From: a virus
Taxonomy: Duplodnaviria; Caudoviricetes
IMG/VR virus record: IMGVR_UViG_3300029183_000027
Span: 1-30,193 of that record
Reading direction: 5' to 3' (one strand)
Length of the DNA stretch: 30,193 nt
The position numbers and the translations under genes are program-made. Shown here piece after piece: positions 25,503 through 30,193 of the stretch. The notes beneath the pieces were generated by a model, which was not told the DNA's origin, searched no databases, and saw nothing but the letters and a program-made list of their open reading frames with translations. The first letter of the stretch is position 1. Each line of letters starts with the position of its first letter.

Positions 25503-25671
25503 GTGAGGGTAGTTTGAGACTGCTCTCGCCTTGGTGCAGTACGATCTGTATTTTTAATAATAGCCTATATCATTCCACCGTTGGCTTACAGAAGCGGCAG
25601 TAATTACCTATAGGTAGCTAGTCTAACTAGGTATATGTCTCGCTAAAGGAGCAGCCCTAAGCTACCCTCAC
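25503..25671 (-). ncRNA. Candidate structured non-coding RNA (169 nt, rod-like)
   Basis: 23-nt terminal arms pair at 21 of 23 positions counting G:U; nested inner stems; spans nearly the whole intergenic gap. Strand assumed from the transcription direction. Confidence 0.5.
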
Positions 25672-25681
25672 AGGGGTTAAT

Positions 25682-26176
25682 TTATGGACGAGGTAATGGG
25701 TACTCGCGGGTCACGTCATCCGGCCCCACGATCCATAATGCGAATGGTTGATATACCTTACCTTGTTCTGCGAAAGTAACCATACTGAAATAGTCAGTGG
25801 AGGATGGCATTTTATTCAACTCATTCACAAGAAACTCGTTGTTAACGTGCCAATCCTCTGTATAAGGATGCACATGGATATATCCGACTACCAGATCGGG
25901 AGAATACTTGGGCCAAATACGCTTGTTTTCTTCTCCGCTAATACTACGATCATCTCCATATGCAAAATCACTAGACCAGCATTTGTTAGTGTCACAGGAC
26001 AGGAACGCCCCGTACTCATTTAGAGTGTTCTTATCCAGCATGGCTTGAGATACAATCTCCACCAATTCCGGCACTGTATTGGCCTCATACTTAACCGTAG
26101 GTCTGTCCTCCGCAACTGCCGGGGCAGCGCAGGTAGACAATAGGGTTCCAAATACCCCACACAGTAAACTCTTCAT
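25682..26176 (-). CDS. Signal-peptide protein with JAB/MPN-like (DUF4329-like) metal motif
   Basis: MKSLLCGVFGTLLSTCAAPAVA signal-like leader; EYG...GYIHVHP...PSSTD. Confidence 0.65.
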   Translation of the reverse strand: MKSLLCGVFGTLLSTCAAPAVAEDRPTVKYEANTVPELVEIVSQAMLDKNTLNEYGAFLSCDTNKCWSSDFAYGDDRSISGEENKRIWPKYSPDLVVGYIHVHPYTEDWHVNNEFLVNELNKMPSSTDYFSMVTFAEQGKVYQPFALWIVGPDDVTREYPLPRP

Positions 26177-26177
26177 T

Positions 26178-26573
26178 TTAACTCCTTTTCTTAGACTTTT
26201 TTAAACCTAACATGTTTCTCCAGAAGCCTAACTTAAAGAAACATTGGGGAAATTCATCTGGAGTTATATGCCACCAACGGTAGCCCAGATGATCGAAAAT
26301 CTTTTTAGGCATTCCTGCCTGTACCGCCGCATGGCGTCTACAATAACTAGACTGAAAGTAGCGTATATCGCGGCCTGTCCACGGAGCGCCCTTGTTAACC
26401 AAGATAACGTATTCTCGGTATCTGGCTCCAGCATCCATAACAAGAATAATACAGAGGATAAGGTTTACTATCTGCATCCACAGTATAGGAACAAATACAG
26501 CGAACAATCCACATACAAGTGCACCAATCATGGGTGGCTTGCATGCTATATGAAGAGGTTTATATTTACTCAT
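26178..26573 (-). CDS. Hypothetical membrane protein (2 TM)
   Basis: Start at ATG 26573 (ATGA overlap, GGAG RBS); two adjacent hydrophobic segments and a basic C-terminal domain. Confidence 0.75.
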   Translation of the reverse strand: MSKYKPLHIACKPPMIGALVCGLFAVFVPILWMQIVNLILCIILVMDAGARYREYVILVNKGAPWTGRDIRYFQSSYCRRHAAVQAGMPKKIFDHLGYRWWHITPDEFPQCFFKLGFWRNMLGLKKSKKRS

Positions 26574-27313
26574 GTAATTACTCCAAGCGCCTTGCAATGC
26601 ATTTCTGATACATCAAGAGCCATCAAAATTTTTGCGTTGTCGAATGGCTCTAAACGCTCCATGAAATAGATGGCGATTTCGCCTTCCTCAACAATATCAT
26701 AGAACGTAGGAAAATGTTTTCCACGTAGTATCCCGTCATAGACAGACCGAGCAAATTTATGAAATGCGTCTCCCTTCCTAGCAATCTTTACCACTAAGTC
26801 TTTGAAGGACGGGGGAGTAGCAACCATACTATTAAAGTAGCCGCCCGCCCCTATATGAATTAATCCAAGGTTGTTAGCATTAATTCTACTAGCGTTTTCT
26901 CCATATTCTTCGTTCCCATTATACATGTCTTTAGACGCTACATAAGCACTTACTTGTTGCTTTAGGGTAGCCAATAGTTCTTGAGGGGGCTCCCTTACAG
27001 GCTCCTTCGGCTCTGGTTCACGAAGCACCGTCTGCGCATACATTGCCGGAAACACTTGTTCCCCTGCGTCTATTAATCTACGGGCCATTTGAGCATGCCG
27101 TGCTATTTCTATTGGTGGTTTAGGCCTAAGCTGTACCTCTTTTAAAGCTATACTATCTAGTAAGAAAAAGTCGCGGCGCGTTTTAGGCGCTACCTGAATA
27201 CCCGGTGCATCTGAAACTACCTTTAATTTCTGTCTCATTGGAGGAGTGATGCCACGTTTGTGGTCTATCTCCCAAGGAACCTTGGCTCCCCATTGCTGTA
27301 ATGCCGCAGGCAT
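26570..27313 (-). CDS. Protein with a T7 gp0.7-like kinase N-lobe, lacking the catalytic lobe
   Basis: Start at ATG 27313, just after the upstream stop. IGAGGYF (Gly loop), VVKI, FPTFYDI and YFMERLEP (hinge); the protein ends 24 residues later. Confidence 0.6.
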   Translation of the reverse strand: MPAALQQWGAKVPWEIDHKRGITPPMRQKLKVVSDAPGIQVAPKTRRDFFLLDSIALKEVQLRPKPPIEIARHAQMARRLIDAGEQVFPAMYAQTVLREPEPKEPVREPPQELLATLKQQVSAYVASKDMYNGNEEYGENASRINANNLGLIHIGAGGYFNSMVATPPSFKDLVVKIARKGDAFHKFARSVYDGILRGKHFPTFYDIVEEGEIAIYFMERLEPFDNAKILMALDVSEMHCKALGVIT

Positions 27314-27315
27314 GA

Positions 27316-27513
27316 TTACAATGCAGCGATAATAGACGCACACAGCGCACGTCTATCAGACTTAGATAGACGCTTGTATTCCCGTGGGTCAGACTGAACG
27401 ACTGTACCATCAGGTGTTACGATGCGAATGTTAGCACCGCGCCCATAGAACTTGTCTTTGTTTGGGCCGCACTGTGGGTCACTTGGCTTTGCTTTACGAT
27501 TATAGTTTTTCAT
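27316..27513 (-). CDS. Basic hypothetical early protein, 65 aa
   Basis: AGGAG RBS. Confidence 0.75.
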   Translation of the reverse strand: MKNYNRKAKPSDPQCGPNKDKFYGRGANIRIVTPDGTVVQSDPREYKRLSKSDRRALCASIIAAL

Positions 27514-27522
27514 GTCTGTCTC

Positions 27523-27690
27523 CTACAGGTTAGTTGCACGTACAACACCCTTGCGGCGCTGTAATTCAAATGATGCCGCAGCAGCACTAAGGCTACCGCT
27601 CTTGGCGATCTTCTGTACTTCACTAATTGGCTTCTTAGCCATTCTTAACCCACGTTTGGACAGGGTAACTTCCTTTACAGTGCTAGACAT
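27523..27690 (-). CDS. Basic hypothetical early protein, 55 aa (below ORF-track cutoff)
   Basis: GAAAGGA RBS; MSSTVKEVTLSKRGLRMAKKPISEVQKIAKSGSLSAAAASFELQRRKGVVRATNL*; its TAG overlaps the next RBS. Confidence 0.75.
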   Translation of the reverse strand: MSSTVKEVTLSKRGLRMAKKPISEVQKIAKSGSLSAAAASFELQRRKGVVRATNL

Positions 27691-27723
27691 AAGTCTAATC
27701 CTTTCATCAGATTTGTCGTAGAA

Positions 27724-28104
27724 TTATCCGGCTACGGCTTCCGGTTTCTTTTCAAGCATACGTTTCTCTAATTGTCCTCGCAGCCACTTCATTGCGGCAC
27801 GGTGTTCCGTTGGGCCGGAAACTGTGCCTTCCGGTTGGCCCGGAGCAAGTATATACCCAAAATATACGTTCCCATCTTTCCTAATAGATAGTAGCCGGAT
27901 CATTTGCCGTATAGCTCGCATTGTTGCGGTATATGGGTGGATTCCTATACAGGTATCACCATCCCATTCGGTTACAACCCGTATCCAGCCCGCTTCTTCG
28001 GCAGCGCCATAACATATATGATCTGAATGACACTCTTCCTCAACCTCAATAACAGTACCATCATCCCTAATCCAGCATCCGTACGCGCCGGGACTTAATT
28101 CCAT
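27724..28104 (-). CDS. Hypothetical early protein, 126 aa
   Basis: Start moved to ATG 28104 (AGGAG RBS), which removes a long overlap with the upstream gene; 'GCWI..DG....V....H..H' and 'GWIRV' motifs. Confidence 0.75.
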   Translation of the reverse strand: MELSPGAYGCWIRDDGTVIEVEEECHSDHICYGAAEEAGWIRVVTEWDGDTCIGIHPYTATMRAIRQMIRLLSIRKDGNVYFGYILAPGQPEGTVSGPTEHRAAMKWLRGQLEKRMLEKKPEAVAG

Positions 28105-28406
28105 TTCACTTCTCCTGTGTCTCTCAGGTGCTCCAGAACGGTCACCGCTTCCTCGGCAGTACGTGGGATGTGTTCCCTTTCTGATAGGTATGTCATCCAT
28201 CCCTTTGGCATAACCAGTTCTGTTGTTTCTTTTGGGGATATACCTAGTGCTTCTCCGAATGCGTCCTGCGCATGTGACTCTAGGTCGATACCCATCCCCT
28301 GTTTCCATAATCCCATAATACAGGTATCGCATTCGCTTATATCAAAACTGTACGGGTCTTCCTGTATCCAACCGATTAACTCATTGATTGCTTCTGTGTT
28401 AGGCAT
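28095..28406 (-). CDS. Hypothetical early protein, 103 aa
   Basis: ATG 28406 with GGAG RBS; 'CIMG', 'ALGIS....L' and 'TAEEAV.VLEHL..TGEV.W' motifs. Confidence 0.78.
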   Translation of the reverse strand: MPNTEAINELIGWIQEDPYSFDISECDTCIMGLWKQGMGIDLESHAQDAFGEALGISPKETTELVMPKGWMTYLSEREHIPRTAEEAVTVLEHLRDTGEVKWN

Positions 28407-28488
28407 GATAATTTCTCCATCGTATAGCCAGTAAATCATATTGCTCTTGTGTGGTGTAAGGCCTCCAATGGCCGTTAGTCCAGATCAT
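28399..28488 (-). CDS. Microprotein, 29 aa
   Basis: AAGGA RBS and ATGA overlap; MIWTNGHWRPYTTQEQYDLLAIRWRNYHA* exactly bridges the gap to the next gene. Confidence 0.6.
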   Translation of the reverse strand: MIWTNGHWRPYTTQEQYDLLAIRWRNYHA

Positions 28489-28679
28489 AATTCCTTGTCC
28501 CTCTCTCCACAGTCTCCAAAGCGTTCCCAATAAGCATTAAGCGTGTTAGTAACTGTCTGTACCCCGTGTTCCCGGTTCAGTTTAAACAGGTCTACATGTG
28601 TGTTATTCACAGGTGCTCTATGTGATGTAGACAGTAGGTGTCTTACGTACGGACGTACTATGTCAAAATCGTATGTCAT
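28485..28679 (-). CDS. Hypothetical early protein, 64 aa
   Basis: ATGA overlap; AAGGGA RBS. Confidence 0.72.
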   Translation of the reverse strand: MTYDFDIVRPYVRHLLSTSHRAPVNNTHVDLFKLNREHGVQTVTNTLNAYWERFGDCGERDKEL

Positions 28680-28897
28680 TTAAGTTTCCCTTCTTTTATG
28701 GCCCATAGTATAGCCTTTCTGGTCTTAAATGGTATATCGCGTTCTCTGTAGTATGTACCATCTCCTGTATAATTTATCCAACCGTACTCGCGCCCATCCG
28801 TAGAATATCCAACGCGAATATCAATCTTATGTGACTTAGAAGACACCCAATAGTCTGTCCATTCTTCGAACGTGTCTTTTGCTGCTATATACCGCAT
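28676..28897 (-). CDS. Hypothetical early protein, 73 aa
   Basis: GAGGAG RBS. Confidence 0.75.
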   Translation of the reverse strand: MRYIAAKDTFEEWTDYWVSSKSHKIDIRVGYSTDGREYGWINYTGDGTYYRERDIPFKTRKAILWAIKEGKLK

Positions 28898-28900
28898 TGT

Positions 28901-29182
28901 CTACTCCTCTTTGTACACGTACCAGCGCCTCTTAACCACCGTAGCTCCATTGTACGTCCGCTTGGCTACATAGAGTACCACTGACAGCATTAACCCCGCT
29001 GTGATGGCTACAGCAAGCCCTGTGGCGCTTCCTGCGCCTCCACATAACATCAATACACTGAATACCACGTCAATAGGAAGAGCCATCTTGATAATCCATC
29101 GCCACGGCATCACCCGGAGCAGGATAAATATGAAAGCGGCCACTGTGATAGACGCCATGAATAGGATAAAACCTACGGTCAT
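28901..29182 (-). CDS. Hypothetical early membrane protein (about 3 TM)
   Basis: Highly hydrophobic. ATG 29182 has a GGAG RBS; alternative start at 29194. Confidence 0.75.
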   Translation of the reverse strand: MTVGFILFMASITVAAFIFILLRVMPWRWIIKMALPIDVVFSVLMLCGGAGSATGLAVAITAGLMLSVVLYVAKRTYNGATVVKRRWYVYKEE

Positions 29183-29203
29183 TGTATTCTCCATGAAATA
29201 AGA

Positions 29204-29347
29204 TAGGTACGGGTTAAGGGTTAACTAGACCCAAACATTTGGTACACCGAGTTACACCTAGGCCGCACACGCTCAGATGTCGTGTCTCAAGGCTCCTAGG
29301 ATAGTGTACAGCGCCTATTGCGCGCTTTGTCTTATGCCCCGTACCTA
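29204..29347 (-). ncRNA. Candidate multibranched non-coding RNA (144 nt)
   Basis: Perfect 10-bp closing stem TAGGTACGGG/CCCGTACCTA enclosing several nested helices; fills the intergenic gap. Confidence 0.45.
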
Positions 29348-29354
29348 AATTCTG

Positions 29355-29837
29355 TTAGTGTGCTGGCTCTTCGTGCGTGATAGCCTCAAGCGCCTTGATT
29401 TGTCCGGCGTCGTACTTAGTGCCATTTTTAGCGGTATCTTTCTCGATACGCTTTAGAAGGTTTGTGACAGTAGCCACGATGTCAATCGGCTGGTATTCAG
29501 GCTCAGGCTTGAACTCCGTCCACATGATGGCGTGTGCACCGTCCATGTCCGTAGTCTTTTTACGGTCATATGCAAACTGTGCCGGAGCGTCCTTAGAGCC
29601 CATCACCCATACGGCCTGACTAAACGTCTCCATGTACGCTTTGAGTGCATTGGTACGTGCACCCTTCGGCATAGCTTCGACTAGCTTAGTCGCTAACGTC
29701 ACGTCATTGTGAGCGTCAATATGTGCGATGATAGACAGCGCGGCGATCTGGATGTCTTTGTCCAGTTTCTTACCACGAGTGTTGATAGAACCGATAGCCT
29801 TACGGATAGCGGCCTCACCTGTTAGTAGTTTAAACAT
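29355..29837 (-). CDS. Hypothetical early protein, 160 aa
   Basis: GAGGA RBS; 'AI.SI..RGKKLD..IQ...LS...H...H.D....KL...MPKG.R.NAL' pattern recalled from early genes of related podophages. Confidence 0.85.
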   Translation of the reverse strand: MFKLLTGEAAIRKAIGSINTRGKKLDKDIQIAALSIIAHIDAHNDVTLATKLVEAMPKGARTNALKAYMETFSQAVWVMGSKDAPAQFAYDRKKTTDMDGAHAIMWTEFKPEPEYQPIDIVATVTNLLKRIEKDTAKNGTKYDAGQIKALEAITHEEPAH

Positions 29838-29846
29838 AGTTTCCTC

Positions 29847-29896
29847 ATAGGGTTATAAAAGCACACGGTCAATCCATGTACTTTTAGTCACCCTAT
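29847..29896 (-). promoter_or_regulatory. RNase III-like processing hairpin before the first early gene
   Basis: ATAGGGT/ACCCTAT lower stem, small internal loop, 13-bp upper stem TAAAAGTACATGG/CCGTGTGCTTTTA with G:U pairs only on the minus strand. Confidence 0.65.
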
Positions 29897-30116
29897 ATGC
29901 AGACACAAGCATCACGCATCATGCCTGCTGGTAACTAGGGTCGGTGTTTAAGCCACTGCCGCTGTATGCGCTTACCACTGTATTAATCCACCGCTAACGC
30001 AGCTTCATAGCTTCACCTTACGCTATCCGCATCTTTCAAATAAGATAGACCAGCTAGGCCATACTGATAAGCTCTTAAGCTCACCGATACCCGATACTCT
30101 TGAACATAACCATTAC

Positions 30117-30144
30117 AGGCTATGCCTCCATACCCACTTGTCAA
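30117..30144 (-). promoter_or_regulatory. Candidate host sigma70-type early promoter
   Basis: Perfect TTGACA (30139-30144), 16-nt spacer, TAGCCT (30117-30122); upstream of all early genes. Confidence 0.55.
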
Positions 30145-30176
30145 CTATAACAGGACAAGACTATCACCACCACGGT

Positions 30177-30193
30177 GATCGTGACTGGGAAAC
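30177..30193 (-). other. Untrimmed random-amplification (SISPA/Round A-B) primer tag
   Basis: The terminal 17 nt read GTTTCCCAGTCACGATC on the minus strand, the tag of the common primer GTTTCCCAGTCACGATC-N9, exactly at the sequence end. Confidence 0.88.

Noticed and set aside
25503-25671. Retron msr-msd, suggested by the terminal inverted repeats
   Set aside because: No reverse transcriptase in the window and no long msd hairpin.
28105-28332. N-terminal extension of the 202-aa ORF 27724..28332
   Set aside because: Overlaps 28095..28406 in another frame; a strong RBS supports ATG 28104 instead.
415-29619. Plus-strand ORFs in the track (e.g. 743-1105, 8514-9020, 26244-26669)
   Set aside because: They lie antisense to well-supported minus-strand genes and show no recognisable motifs; treated as shadow ORFs.
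568-29837. Genome-wide TAG reassignment (genetic code 15)
   Set aside because: Only one gene is interrupted. TAG ends several genes at tight junctions, and the long genes are intact under the standard code.
29204-30110. tRNA or amber-suppressor tRNA
   Set aside because: No cloverleaf with canonical D and T loops found by eye; tRNAscan-SE or ARAGORN would confirm.

Overview
A 30-kb segment of a T7-like (Autographiviridae) podophage genome. All credible genes are on the minus strand. The arrangement is phiKMV-like, with the single-subunit RNA polymerase lying between the replication and virion modules. In transcription order (right to left): a host sigma70-type promoter and small early genes (~30.1-24.7 kb); then primase, a nucleotide-metabolism block, helicase, metallophosphoesterase, family A DNA polymerase, SSB-like protein, exonuclease, endonuclease VII and RNAP; then GNAT, portal, scaffold, major capsid, terminator, tail tubes A/B and internal virion proteins, the last cut by the window edge. 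Main oddities: (1) an in-frame TAG splitting an otherwise ~945-codon internal virion gene; (2) two ORF-free early intergenic regions closed by long-range stems (candidate phage ncRNAs, one with a 6S-like rod shape); (3) several G:U-polarised hairpins at ribosome-binding sites, one overlapping a candidate phage promoter; (4) a signal-peptide JAB/MPN-like protein; (5) a gp0.7-like kinase lacking its catalytic lobe; (6) a possible ATT start for the exonuclease. The right end is an untrimmed random-amplification primer, so single-base oddities could be library errors. All family assignments come from motif recognition by eye and all folds were paired by hand; no searches were run.
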